NCBI GenBank assembly: GCA_963422605.2
Contig: CAXXUF010000002.1
Coordinates: forward strand, 1,781,848 to 1,845,847
Source of the DNA: Tepidiformaceae bacterium
Lineage (GTDB): Bacteria; Chloroflexota; Dehalococcoidia; Tepidiformales; Tepidiformaceae
Direction: 5' to 3'
Length of the DNA: 64,000 nt
Below the pieces are notes generated by a model. It worked only from the letters and a program-made list of their open reading frames with translations, made no database searches and was not told the origin of the DNA. Shown in pieces: positions 46,630-55,773 of this stretch. Position 1 is the first letter of the stretch. Each line of letters starts with the position of its first letter. Position numbers and translations under genes: made by a program.

Positions 46630-47805
46630 CTAGACGAAACCCCACTGGGGGAGGGGCGGCGTGCCGCTCATCTCCATGTGGCCGATGCCCTCACGGCCGT
46701 TGTAGCGGCAGCGGACGGCGTGCTCACCGTCCCAGAGCTGGGGTGCGAAATCCTTGTAGTTCGCGAAGTCGCTCAGGTCGTACTTGTCGTACTCCTCGTG
46801 CCAGTCGCCCTGCCAGCCGCCGAGGAAGCGGGGCTGGCCGTAGCCCTCACCGCGGATGTGGCGGGTGGCGTTTGGCTTGAGAATCTCGAACTCGAGCGCG
46901 TACTCCTCGCCGTACTCGTCGATGAGCGTGATCTGTGCCGCCTGGAACTTCTTCGTGTTCGGCTGGGTGGCGATATCGATGTCGGTGAAGTCGACGATGC
47001 GGATCTGCTCGCGGGCATCGTCGATGGGCCAGGTGACGGCGCCGTCGAAGTGGCCGCCGCGGTTATCGGCGAGGGTGCCGCCGAGGCGGGGCTTGCCCAG
47101 GAACTCGTCCATCCACCACCAGAAACCGATGTCGTCGAACTGGATGTGGCTGTGCCAGTGGATGCGCCCGCCGCCACGGGGCGAGACGCCCGTCCCGCCC
47201 GGCATGGGCCCCACCCATCCCTGCCAGCGCTCGCCGCCGAGGCTCGCCCAGCAGCGGTCGCGCTGGCCCCAGGTGTTCTCATGGTTCACCTCATACGTCT
47301 GGCCGTCGACGTTCAGCTCGCCCGTCCAGCGCCCCATGATCTCGAAGTAGGGGAGCACGCCGGGGAGGCTCGGGGATCCCGCGAAGGCGATCGGCGTGCG
47401 CGTTTGCACGGGCTGCAGCCAGGTGTCCATGGTGAGGTCGTAGCTGACACCCCAGGGGTTGTCCGCCGCGAGCGTGAAGCGCGCCGTGCGCAGCGGGTCG
47501 ATAACCTCCATGGTGGCTGGGCCGACGCGCTGGTTGACGCGCGCCGAGCGGTAGCCGTCCGGCTGGATCGTGCTCGAATAGCGCAGGTTGTACTGCGTGT
47601 CGCCGTGAACGATGATCTGGCCGTTCTCGATGATCCCGCTGTTGGGCCAGACTGGCCAGTTGGCACCCACGATCCAGCGCCCCTCCACGTCCATGCACTG
47701 GAACCAGTGTTGATCGACGAAGCGCGGGTCCGAATCGCGGATCGCGTCCACGGGGCTGGGTGTCTGGTGGTAGAAATGCTCGTCGAGCTCGGTCAGCATC
47801 GTCAT
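46630..47805 (-). CDS. Conserved hypothetical protein (paralog B of a tandem pair)
   Basis: 391 aa, MTMLTELDEHFYHQTPSPVDAIRDSDPRFVDQHWFQ.... Coding-like composition, Trp-rich. Shares N-terminal LD(D/E)xxxHQ...P(R)(F/W)VDxxWF and overall layout with the gene upstream. Confidence 0.75.
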   Translation of the reverse strand: MTMLTELDEHFYHQTPSPVDAIRDSDPRFVDQHWFQCMDVEGRWIVGANWPVWPNSGIIENGQIIVHGDTQYNLRYSSTIQPDGYRSARVNQRVGPATMEVIDPLRTARFTLAADNPWGVSYDLTMDTWLQPVQTRTPIAFAGSPSLPGVLPYFEIMGRWTGELNVDGQTYEVNHENTWGQRDRCWASLGGERWQGWVGPMPGGTGVSPRGGGRIHWHSHIQFDDIGFWWWMDEFLGKPRLGGTLADNRGGHFDGAVTWPIDDAREQIRIVDFTDIDIATQPNTKKFQAAQITLIDEYGEEYALEFEILKPNATRHIRGEGYGQPRFLGGWQGDWHEEYDKYDLSDFANYKDFAPQLWDGEHAVRCRYNGREGIGHMEMSGTPPLPQWGFV

Positions 47806-47818
47806 CGCTCTCTCCTCG

Positions 47819-48928
47819 CTAGATGCTCAGGCGGACCACGCCGTAGCTGGTCAGCTCGCCCATTGTGACCTCGCAGAAGTGCTCGATCGCGAATGGATTG
47901 ATGTGGCCGGAGTCGTTGTCGAGCAGGCGCGCGCGAGTCGCCGCGTCGGTGGTGTCGTGCGTCTCCATCTGGCTGACGCCGTCCTTGTACTCGATGTGGC
48001 GGAAGTCGGGGTGGCCGTAGCCGAGCCCTTTGGCGTAGATGGTACTGAGCGGTTTCAGTGTGAGATCGTGGACACCGCCATCCCAGTCGTGGACCTCGAC
48101 CGTGCCGCCCCTGAGCCGCTTGCCGTCGCTCTCGAACGTGAGGGAAGGCACGGCGCTGGTGAACCGGACCGGCTCTCCATCGCCGTGCGGGCCGGCTCCA
48201 CAGCCGTCGAAGCGGGTGCGCCCGGTGTCGTCGTTGAGTGCGCCGGCCGCGCCGGAGTGGGCTCCATCCGCCTCGATGCGCCAGAACCACCAGGAGAATC
48301 CTGTGGTGAGCGCTGCCAGCCAGAGGGAATGGCTCCCGATCGAGCTCGGCGGGCGGCCCAGGTGGGGAACCTGCCCGAACACGGGCCGCACGCCCCACGA
48401 GCGTTCGCGGGCGCCCACCGTCCCCTCCACCGCGATCGTCTCGCCCTCGACCGTGACGCTGCCGCTCGCCGTGCCCGTCTGTGCGTACTGGTAGAGGTCC
48501 CAGATCAGCTGGCGGCCGTCGCGCCGGTGCTGGACCGGTCCCGCGACCTCCATCGGCTGGTTGGGTAAGGCGAATTCGAGGTCGAAGCTGATTGCCTGGC
48601 CATCCGCAGGCTCCAGCCGGAAGCGCCAGGCGCGGAACGGGTCGAGGATGTCGGCGCTGATGCCGCCGACCTCGCGACGGTCGCGGTCGCCTGCCACACG
48701 CCGCCCGAAGCGCACATCATACTGCTTGCCCCCGTGCGCGACGCTGACGGCGGCGTCCATCGTGGCGGTGGCGGGATACACGCCCATGTGGCCCGCCACG
48801 CTGAGGGAGCCATCGGTCGCGCCGGTGTGGAACCAGAGCTCATCGACCCAGCGCGGGTTGCGCCCCTCGACCTGCTCCATGTTCTCGACGATCTGGTGGA
48901 TGGCGTAGTCGTCAAGTTTCGTTGCCAC
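47819..48928 (-). CDS. Conserved hypothetical protein (paralog A of a tandem pair)
   Basis: Track ORF 47819..48952. GTG 48928 has a GAAGGGG SD 5 nt upstream and aligns with its paralog (MATKLDDYAIHQIVENMEQVEGRNPRWVDELWFH...). An internal ARERSWGVRP motif recalls AttH/CrtC-like hydratase-fold proteins, but this is a weak call. Confidence 0.75.
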   Translation of the reverse strand: MATKLDDYAIHQIVENMEQVEGRNPRWVDELWFHTGATDGSLSVAGHMGVYPATATMDAAVSVAHGGKQYDVRFGRRVAGDRDRREVGGISADILDPFRAWRFRLEPADGQAISFDLEFALPNQPMEVAGPVQHRRDGRQLIWDLYQYAQTGTASGSVTVEGETIAVEGTVGARERSWGVRPVFGQVPHLGRPPSSIGSHSLWLAALTTGFSWWFWRIEADGAHSGAAGALNDDTGRTRFDGCGAGPHGDGEPVRFTSAVPSLTFESDGKRLRGGTVEVHDWDGGVHDLTLKPLSTIYAKGLGYGHPDFRHIEYKDGVSQMETHDTTDAATRARLLDNDSGHINPFAIEHFCEVTMGELTSYGVVRLSI

Positions 48929-49084
48929 GGTCACCCCTTCGTCGCGGTGCACGCACGCTGGCGCGCCCGACCGCGAAGCCCCGCGAATCTAGCCGAGTGG
49001 CGGGTGCGTTTCAATTCGCCCTCGGGCGTCGGCGAGCATCACTTCGCCGGCTACTGGCGGATCCTGTAGTGCGGGACGCTCGTG

Positions 49085-49858
49085 TCAGCGTCCCAGGAAG
49101 GTCGCCGCGCGGCGCTCCTGGAAGGCGGCGACACCCTCCTTCGCGTCCTCGGTGTAGGCGAGGTCGTCGAAGAGGCGATGTTCGAGCGCGAGGCCATCTT
49201 CGAGCGACAGTTCAAGCCCCTCGGTCATGGCCCGCTTGGCCGCACGCAGGGCGAGCGGGCCACGCGAACAGAGCTTCTCCGCGAGCTGGCGGGCGGCCGC
49301 CTGCAGGCGGTCGGCGGGCACGACCTCGTTGATGAGCCCCACTTCGAGGGCAGTACCAGCGCCCAACTGGTCGCCGGTGAGCGCGATGTGGGCGGCGACC
49401 GCCCAGGGCAGCTCGCGCGGCAGCCGCTGGGTGGCGCCCCATCCCGGGATCAGCCCCAGATTCACCTCGGGCGAGCCGAAGCGCGCGCCCTCGGCGGCGA
49501 TGCGCAGGTCGCAGGCGAGCACGATCTCGAGGCCGCCGCCGAGGGCGAGGCCGTTCACGGCGGCGATCAGCGGCTTCGTCACCACCTGCCCGCGCATGAT
49601 CGTGGGTGGCTCGTCGTAGGGGGCACCGCGGGGGTCGTCGATCAGTGCCGGGATCGTCTCGCGCAGGTCCGCACCGGCGCTGAAGGCGCGGTCGCCCGCG
49701 CCCGTGATGATCCCGACCCAGACGTCGTCGTCGGCTTCGAGGCGGGCGCATGCCTCGGAGAGTTCGCGCCACGTTTCGAGGTCGATTGAGTTCAGCGCCT
49801 GCGGGCGGTTGATAGTGATCGTGGCAATGTGGTCGCTGGCCTCATAGAGCAGGGACAC
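49085..49858 (-). CDS. Enoyl-CoA hydratase/isomerase (crotonase) family protein
   Basis: 257 aa, IATITINRPQALNSID...VGIITGAGDRAFSAGADL...AAVNGLALGGGLEIVLACDLRIAAE. Confidence 0.92.
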   Translation of the reverse strand: MSLLYEASDHIATITINRPQALNSIDLETWRELSEACARLEADDDVWVGIITGAGDRAFSAGADLRETIPALIDDPRGAPYDEPPTIMRGQVVTKPLIAAVNGLALGGGLEIVLACDLRIAAEGARFGSPEVNLGLIPGWGATQRLPRELPWAVAAHIALTGDQLGAGTALEVGLINEVVPADRLQAAARQLAEKLCSRGPLALRAAKRAMTEGLELSLEDGLALEHRLFDDLAYTEDAKEGVAAFQERRAATFLGR

Positions 49859-49870
49859 GGCTACCTCCTG

Positions 49871-50722
49871 TCAGTCGTACTCGAAGAAGCCGCGGTTGCT
49901 CTTGCGTCCCAGGTGACCGAGTGAGACGAGCCGCCGTAGCATGGTGGGCGCCTTGAAGCGCGCCTCGCCGTACTCTTCGAACATGGCGTCGCTGATGTGG
50001 ATCATCGTGTCGAGCCCGATGAGGTCGGCGGTGGCGAGCGGCCCGAGCGCGTGGTTGAGCCCTGTCTTGCACGCCTGATCGACGTCCCCGGCGCTGGCGA
50101 TGCCCCCCTCCACCATGCGGATGGCATCGAAAATGAAGGGCACGAGCAGGCGGTTCACGATGAACCCGGGCGAGTCCTTCACCCGCACCGTCAGCCGGTC
50201 GATTGAATCGCAGAATGCCATCGCCGCGTCGATCGTCTCCTGCGAAGTGCTCTCCGAGGAGATCACCTCCACGAGGGGTAGCACCGTGGGGGGATTGAAG
50301 AAGTGGATGCCAATCACCCGCTTGGGGTGGCCCGAGGAGGCGGCCATCTCGCTGAGCGAGAGCGAGGAGGTGTTGCTTGCGAGGATGGCGTCGGGCTTGC
50401 ATAGGGTGCCCAATTCCTCGAAGAGCCGCTTCTTGACCGCCAGATCCTCGACCACGGCTTCGATCACGAGGTCGCTGCGGGCGAAGCCGTCGAGCGTCTC
50501 CGCGCTGTGCAGGCGGGCGATCGTGCGGTCGTGGCGCTCGCGGCTGAGGCGTCCGCGCTCGACCTCGCGGCGGAGCCGCCGCCGGATGGTCGCGAGGCCC
50601 TGTTCGAGCCGCTCGGGATCCTCCTCGGTCACACGCACACGGTAGCCATGGGCAGCGCAGACCTGGGCGATACCGGCGCCCATGACGCCGCATCCCACCA
50701 CGCCCACTTCCTGGATCGCCAT
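49871..50722 (-). CDS. hbd: 3-hydroxybutyryl-CoA / 3-hydroxyacyl-CoA dehydrogenase
   Basis: Track ORF 49871..51187 trimmed to ATG 50722 (MAIQEVGVVGCGVMGAGIAQV...ASNTSSLSLSEMA...GIHFFNPPTVLPLVEV...GFIVNRLL). Confidence 0.92.
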   Translation of the reverse strand: MAIQEVGVVGCGVMGAGIAQVCAAHGYRVRVTEEDPERLEQGLATIRRRLRREVERGRLSRERHDRTIARLHSAETLDGFARSDLVIEAVVEDLAVKKRLFEELGTLCKPDAILASNTSSLSLSEMAASSGHPKRVIGIHFFNPPTVLPLVEVISSESTSQETIDAAMAFCDSIDRLTVRVKDSPGFIVNRLLVPFIFDAIRMVEGGIASAGDVDQACKTGLNHALGPLATADLIGLDTMIHISDAMFEEYGEARFKAPTMLRRLVSLGHLGRKSNRGFFEYD

Positions 50723-50808
50723 CGTCTTCCCTTCTCGGCAGCCGCGTAGATCAGCGACCAGCACGGCTGCCCGCATTGTCGCATACGGCTGCGCAATCGC
50801 TCCGTGTC

Positions 50809-51693
50809 TCAGCTGATCTCGTGGCCGGCGAGCGCCTCCAGCGCCTTCACAAGGCCGGAATGGTCGAGGTCGCTCCAGCCGTGTGCGGCGCAGGCGTTCA
50901 TCAGCTCCTGGGCGGTGGCCGTGTTCGGCAGGCTGATGCCCAGTGCGCGTGCCCCCTCGAGCGCGAGGCCGAGATCCTTCTGGTGGAGCGTAAGGCGGAA
51001 GCCGGGCGCGAACGTGCGCTCGACCATGCGTGCGCCGTGTACCTCGAGGATGCGTGATCCGGCGAAGCCGCCCATGAGCGCCTCGCGCACGCGCGCGGGG
51101 TCGGCTCCCGCCTTCGAGGCGAAGAGCAGCGCCTCGCCGACGGCCTCGATCGTGAGCGCGACGATGATCTGGTTCGCCACCTTGCACGTTTGGCCCGCGC
51201 CTGCCTCCCCCACGAGGGTGACGTTCGTGCCCATCAGGTCGAACAGCGGGCGAACCCGCTCGAAGGTCTCAGCGGCGCCACCGGCCATGATCGTGAGGCT
51301 CGCCGCCTTCGCGCCTACCTCGCCGCCAGAGACGGGGGCATCGAGGTAGGCGCCGCCGCGATCGGCGATGCGCTCCGCGAAGCGCTTCGTCGCGATCGGC
51401 GAGATCGAGCTCATATCCACGACGGTCGTTCCCGGTTGCAAGTCCTCGGCCACCCCACCCGCACCGAACAGCACCTCCTCGACATCAGGCGTATCCGGCA
51501 CCATCGTGATGACGACCTCGCTGTGCGCGGCCGCCTCCGCGCCTGTGGCGCACTCTACGGCGCCGCCCGCCAGCAGCTCCTCCGGCAGGGGCGAGATGTG
51601 GCGTACGACGAACAGGTTGTGGCCCGCAGCCTGCAGATGCCCCGCCATCGGCCGCCCCATGATTCCAAGTCCGATGAACGCGATCCTGGTCAT
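50809..51693 (-). CDS. glxR: 2-hydroxy-3-oxopropionate (tartronate semialdehyde) reductase
   Basis: 294 aa, MTRIAFIGLGIMGRPMAGHL...YLDAPVSGGEVGAKAASLTIMAGG...GAGQTCKVANQ. ATGA-type overlap with the hyi stop. Confidence 0.88.
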   Translation of the reverse strand: MTRIAFIGLGIMGRPMAGHLQAAGHNLFVVRHISPLPEELLAGGAVECATGAEAAAHSEVVITMVPDTPDVEEVLFGAGGVAEDLQPGTTVVDMSSISPIATKRFAERIADRGGAYLDAPVSGGEVGAKAASLTIMAGGAAETFERVRPLFDLMGTNVTLVGEAGAGQTCKVANQIIVALTIEAVGEALLFASKAGADPARVREALMGGFAGSRILEVHGARMVERTFAPGFRLTLHQKDLGLALEGARALGISLPNTATAQELMNACAAHGWSDLDHSGLVKALEALAGHEIS

Positions 51694-52487
51694 GGCGCGC
51701 CTTCGCCGGACGCGACGGCATCCCTGAACCAGCCCAGGCCCGCCTCAGTCGTCGTGGCGGGTGCGTACTCGCATCCCACCCAGCCTTCGTAGCCGATCGC
51801 GTCGAGGTGGCGGAGGAAGAAGCCGTAGTTCACCTCACCCGTGCCCGGCTCGTGGCGTCCGGGGTTGTCAGCGATCTGAATGTGGCCGATGCGGCCAAGG
51901 TTCTCCTCCACGGTGCGGGCGAGGTCACCCTCCATGATCTGCATGTGGTAGGCGTCGTACTGCAGCCCCACGAGGTCGTCGCCGGTCTCGTCGATGATCG
52001 CCAGTGCCTGGGTGCTGGTGTTCACGAAGAAGCCGGGGATGTCGCGCGTGTTGATGGGCTCGATGAGCAGCTGCAGGCCGGCGTCGCGGAAGGCCGCGCC
52101 CGCCTGGCGAAGGTTCGCGACGAGCGTGTGGCGCGCCTCCGCAGCAGAAACACCCGGCGGCGGGACGCCCGCGAGGCAGTTCGCGCGCGGGCAGCCGAGC
52201 GCCTTCGCGTAGCGGACGGCGGCGGCGATGCCCTCGCGGAACTCGTCCGTCCGTCGTGGATCGCAGGCGATGCCACGGTCGCCAGCAGCCCAGTCGCCCG
52301 CCGGCAGGTTGATGAGCGCCTGCGTTAGCCCGTGCTCGCGCAGCAGCGCGGCGAGTTGCTCCTCGGGGTGGGCGTAGGGAAAGGGGTACTCGACCGCCGG
52401 GAACCCGTGCGCCTTCGCCAGCGCGAAGCGATCGAGGAAAGGCGCCTCGGTGAAGAGGAAGTTCAGGTTGGCGGCGAATCGCACCAT
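51690..52487 (-). CDS. hyi: Hydroxypyruvate isomerase
   Basis: Track ORF 51690..52718 trimmed to ATG 52487 (MVRFAANLNFLFTEAPFLDRFALAKAHGFPAVEYPFPY...LLIEPIN...HIQIADNPGRHEPGTGEVNY). Confidence 0.9.
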   Translation of the reverse strand: MVRFAANLNFLFTEAPFLDRFALAKAHGFPAVEYPFPYAHPEEQLAALLREHGLTQALINLPAGDWAAGDRGIACDPRRTDEFREGIAAAVRYAKALGCPRANCLAGVPPPGVSAAEARHTLVANLRQAGAAFRDAGLQLLIEPINTRDIPGFFVNTSTQALAIIDETGDDLVGLQYDAYHMQIMEGDLARTVEENLGRIGHIQIADNPGRHEPGTGEVNYGFFLRHLDAIGYEGWVGCEYAPATTTEAGLGWFRDAVASGEGAP

Positions 52488-52912
52488 TGTCCGAATGATA
52501 CGGGTCTGCCCGTCATCGTGGCCAAGGGGGCCCCACGCGGAGGTGCGAGCGCCCGCATACCGCCCGCATACACTGGTGGCGGTGCGGAGGCGCGATGGCG
52601 AGCCGTGGCGACATGAGCGCGCTGATCGAGGGGCCACCGGTTGGATGAACAGGGCCGTCGAGGCCTGGAGGAGGCGAACGCCTTCGAACGCGAGATCGAA
52701 GCCATGGGCGCAACCCACGGGACCGCCTTCTACCGGCTTGCGGACGATGTCGTGCCTACAGCAGGGCGGCCTGTGAGACGCTGCCCGCTCCGTACTCGGT
52801 CCGGCGGTGGCAGATCGAAGAGTCGATTGCCATCTATGATAGAGGCAGGCCGCCCGTCCGGTCCGTGCGGTGCAACGGCCTGGAACGTTCGGGAGAAAGT
52901 GAAGGCAAGCCG

Positions 52913-53236
52913 ATGTTCATCGCGATGAACCACTTCAACGTCAACCCCGACCGCGCGCAGGAGTTCGAGGAGGTCTGGAGGGGGCGCGAAAGCTCCCTGA
53001 AGGAGCTCGACGGATTCGTGCAGTTCTCCCTGCTCAAAGGCGATGACGCGGGTGACTACATCTCTCACACGATCTGGGAGTCTCGCGCGGCCTTCCTCGC
53101 CTGGGCGCAGTCCGACCACTTCAGGCGCGCGCACGCCCAGGCTGGACCGCCCGCAGGTGTCATCGACGGTCACCCGCACGCGAAGTTCTACGAAGCGGTC
53201 CTCGTCGAGCAGGGAGCGAGTGTCGCTGCCCGCTGA
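52913..53236 (+). CDS. Antibiotic biosynthesis monooxygenase (ABM) domain protein
   Basis: Track ORF 52865..53236 trimmed to ATG 52913 (MFIAMNHFNVNPDRAQEFEEVWRGRESSLKELDGFVQFSLLKG...HTIWESRAAFLAW). Confidence 0.75.
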   Translation: MFIAMNHFNVNPDRAQEFEEVWRGRESSLKELDGFVQFSLLKGDDAGDYISHTIWESRAAFLAWAQSDHFRRAHAQAGPPAGVIDGHPHAKFYEAVLVEQGASVAAR

Positions 53237-53906
53237 GGCTGGGGAAGAGGGCCCGCTTCGCGCAGAGCACTTCCGTCGTGTCGATGAGTCGGACGATGGG
53301 CGCTTCTACGCCCAGCCGCGGCTCGTCAACCACATCGATGATCCGGCGATTGCCGCCATCGGTGAGTTCTACCGTCGTATCCTGCCTGCTGGTGGCCACA
53401 TCCTCGACCTCATGTCGAGCTGGGTCTCCCACCTTCCTGCGGATGTGCGCTATGCGAGCGTGACGGGACTGGGCCTCAACCAGATCGAGCTCGACCGGAA
53501 CCCCGTCCTCACGCGTCGCACGATCCACGACCTCAACCGCGATCCCGTGCTGCCCTACGCGACGGGTGAGTTCGACGGCGCCGCCGTGTGCGTCTCAGTG
53601 CAGTACCTCACGCAGCCGTTCGCCGTCTTCGCGGAGGTGGGCCGCGTGCTCAAGCCGGGCGCGCCCTTCGCCGTGACGTTCTCGAACCGCATGTTCCCGA
53701 TGAAGGCGATCCGCGTCTGGCAGCTGCTTGGCGATGAGCAGCGCGCGAACCTGGTGGCGCTCTACTTCGAAACCGCGAACGTCTTCGGTCCGCCGCGTGC
53801 CTTCGACCTCAGCCCCGTCCCCGGCCGCTCCGACCCTGTCTACGCGGTCGTCGCCGAAGCGCTCGCGGAACCCGGGCGAGAGGCGGATGCGACCGGCATT
53901 ACGTGA
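53220..53906 (+). CDS. Class I SAM-dependent methyltransferase-like protein
   Basis: C-terminal 228 aa of track ORF 53043..53906, from GTG 53220. Contains FYAQPRLVNHIDD...GHILDLMSSWVSHLP...LKPGAPFAVTFSNRMF. Confidence 0.7.
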   Translation: MSLPAEAGEEGPLRAEHFRRVDESDDGRFYAQPRLVNHIDDPAIAAIGEFYRRILPAGGHILDLMSSWVSHLPADVRYASVTGLGLNQIELDRNPVLTRRTIHDLNRDPVLPYATGEFDGAAVCVSVQYLTQPFAVFAEVGRVLKPGAPFAVTFSNRMFPMKAIRVWQLLGDEQRANLVALYFETANVFGPPRAFDLSPVPGRSDPVYAVVAEALAEPGREADATGIT

Positions 53907-54964
53907 AGGTCCGCGGGCGGTAGCTCCAGTGTCCACGACTTCTGCGCCGCCACCCCGATCACTTCGTAGGGGCGCGAGGCGAGCTCGACCTCGACCGGTT
54001 GCCCGAGGCTCGATGTGAAACGCAGGGTGTGGGTCGCGCCGTAAGCCAGCTCTTCACGGATGGCGGCGCGGACGAGGTTCGGCTGATCGGGGTGGTCCGC
54101 GTCCAGCCGCCGCAGGTTGATGCGCTCCGCGCGGATGGCGAGGTCGACGGCCTCGCCCGGGAGGGGATGCCAGCCCTCGGGCACGGCCGCGTGCAGCCGT
54201 GCGCCGCCGGCCTCGACTACCAGTTCGGTCCCCCGCGCTGCTGCCACCCTGCCACGCAGGATGTTGGCCACGCCCGTGAGCTCGGCGACGCGGCTGCTGG
54301 CAGGCTGCCGGAAGACGCGCTCGCGGCCATCGAACTGCAGCAGGCGTCCCGCATCGAACACGGCGAGGCGGTCGGCCACGAGGTGGGCCTCGCGCAGGTC
54401 GTGCGTCACGAACACAATGCTCAGGCCGAGCTCGCTGCGCAGCCGGATCAGTTCGCGCCGTAGCTCTGCCCGCAGCGACTCGTCGAGCGCGCTGAAGGGC
54501 TCGTCCAGCAGCAGCAGGCTGGCCTCGCGGGCGAGGGCGCGGGCGAGGGCGGCGCGCTGCTGCTGTCCGCCACTGAGCGACCGCGGCTTGCGGTCGCTCA
54601 GGCCGTCGAGGTGCATCAGGTCGAGGAGATCGCCAAGACGGCGCTCACGGCTCGCGCCGCTCATGCCGAAGGCGACGTTCTCGGCCACGGTCAGGTGCGG
54701 GAAGAGGGCGAGGTCCTGGACGACGTAGCCGATCCGCCGCCGCTGCGGGGGGAGGTCGAGCCCCGTGCGTGAGTCGAAGACGGGCTCGCCCCCGATCACG
54801 ATGCGGCCTTCCGCCGGGCGCTGCAGTCCCGCGACGAGCTGCAGCGTCAGGCTCTTGCCCGCGCCGGAGTGCCCGAAGAGCACGACGATCTCGTGTCCGG
54901 CGTCGAGCCGGGCGTCGTAGGAGAAGCCGCCAATCTGTGTGCGCGCGGTCAGGTCGAGTGTCAT
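53840..54964 (-). CDS. modC: Molybdate ABC transporter ATP-binding protein ModC
   Basis: 374 aa. Walker A GHSGAGKSLTL, signature LSGGQQQRAALARAL, Walker B LLLLDEPFSALD, C-terminal TOBE/Mop-like domain. Its 3' end overlaps the convergent methyltransferase gene by 67 bp. Confidence 0.9.
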   Translation of the reverse strand: MTLDLTARTQIGGFSYDARLDAGHEIVVLFGHSGAGKSLTLQLVAGLQRPAEGRIVIGGEPVFDSRTGLDLPPQRRRIGYVVQDLALFPHLTVAENVAFGMSGASRERRLGDLLDLMHLDGLSDRKPRSLSGGQQQRAALARALAREASLLLLDEPFSALDESLRAELRRELIRLRSELGLSIVFVTHDLREAHLVADRLAVFDAGRLLQFDGRERVFRQPASSRVAELTGVANILRGRVAAARGTELVVEAGGARLHAAVPEGWHPLPGEAVDLAIRAERINLRRLDADHPDQPNLVRAAIREELAYGATHTLRFTSSLGQPVEVELASRPYEVIGVAAQKSWTLELPPADLHVMPVASASRPGSASASATTA

Positions 54965-55773
54965 AGCGGCTCCCGCATGCGCGGCGAGATGAGCCAGAAG
55001 GCGGCGAGCGCGACGAGCGCCACGATGAGCAGCAGCAGCGACAGGGCGACGGCGGCAGTGAGCCCCGAGGCGCTCTCGAAGGCGCTCAGGATCGCGAGCG
55101 GCATCGTCTGCGTTTCGCCCTGCAGGTTGCCGGCGAAGATGAGTGTGGCGCCCAGCTCGCCCAGCGCCCGTGCCCAGCAGAGCGCCGCTCCGGCTGCCAG
55201 CGAGGGCCAGCTGAGCGGCAGCACGATTCGCACGAAGGCGCGCAGCCGTGACGCTCCGAGCGTGAGCGCGACCCGTTCGTACTGTGCGTCGACGCTCGCG
55301 AAGCCAGCTCGCGCGGCGCGCACGTAGAAGGGCGCGCCCACGAAGAGCTGCGCCATGACCACGGCGGTGGTGCTGAACCCGAGCGTCAGGCCGAACCAGC
55401 TGTCGAGGGGCTCGCCCAGCAGGCCGTTGCGTCCGAATGCTGTGAGCAGCGCTACCCCCGCGATCGTCGGGGGTAGGACGATCGGCAGGTCGATGAGCGC
55501 TTCTACGGCACCCTTGCCGTGGAAGCGCGCGCGCGCCAGCCAGTAGGCCACCGGCGTGCCCGTGACGATGGCGATGGCGAGCGCGAGCGTCGAGGTCCAG
55601 AGCGAGAGCGCGAGCGCGTCGCGCGCGGTCGCACTCGTGACGGCGTCCCAGGCGTCGGGGTCGCGCAGGCCGCGTTCGAGCAGCCCCGCGAAGGGCAGCA
55701 GGAAGAAGAGCGCGAAGAGCGCGATCAGCAGCGCCAGGCCGGCCAGACGCGCGCGACCGCCCAGGCTGCTCAC
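54961..55773 (-). CDS. modB: Molybdate ABC transporter permease ModB
   Basis: 270 aa. Polytopic, with LIDLPIVLPPTIAGVALL and the EAA loop YERVALTLGASRLRAFVRIVLPL. ATGA overlaps on both sides. Confidence 0.9.
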   Translation of the reverse strand: MSSLGGRARLAGLALLIALFALFFLLPFAGLLERGLRDPDAWDAVTSATARDALALSLWTSTLALAIAIVTGTPVAYWLARARFHGKGAVEALIDLPIVLPPTIAGVALLTAFGRNGLLGEPLDSWFGLTLGFSTTAVVMAQLFVGAPFYVRAARAGFASVDAQYERVALTLGASRLRAFVRIVLPLSWPSLAAGAALCWARALGELGATLIFAGNLQGETQTMPLAILSAFESASGLTAAVALSLLLLIVALVALAAFWLISPRMREPL

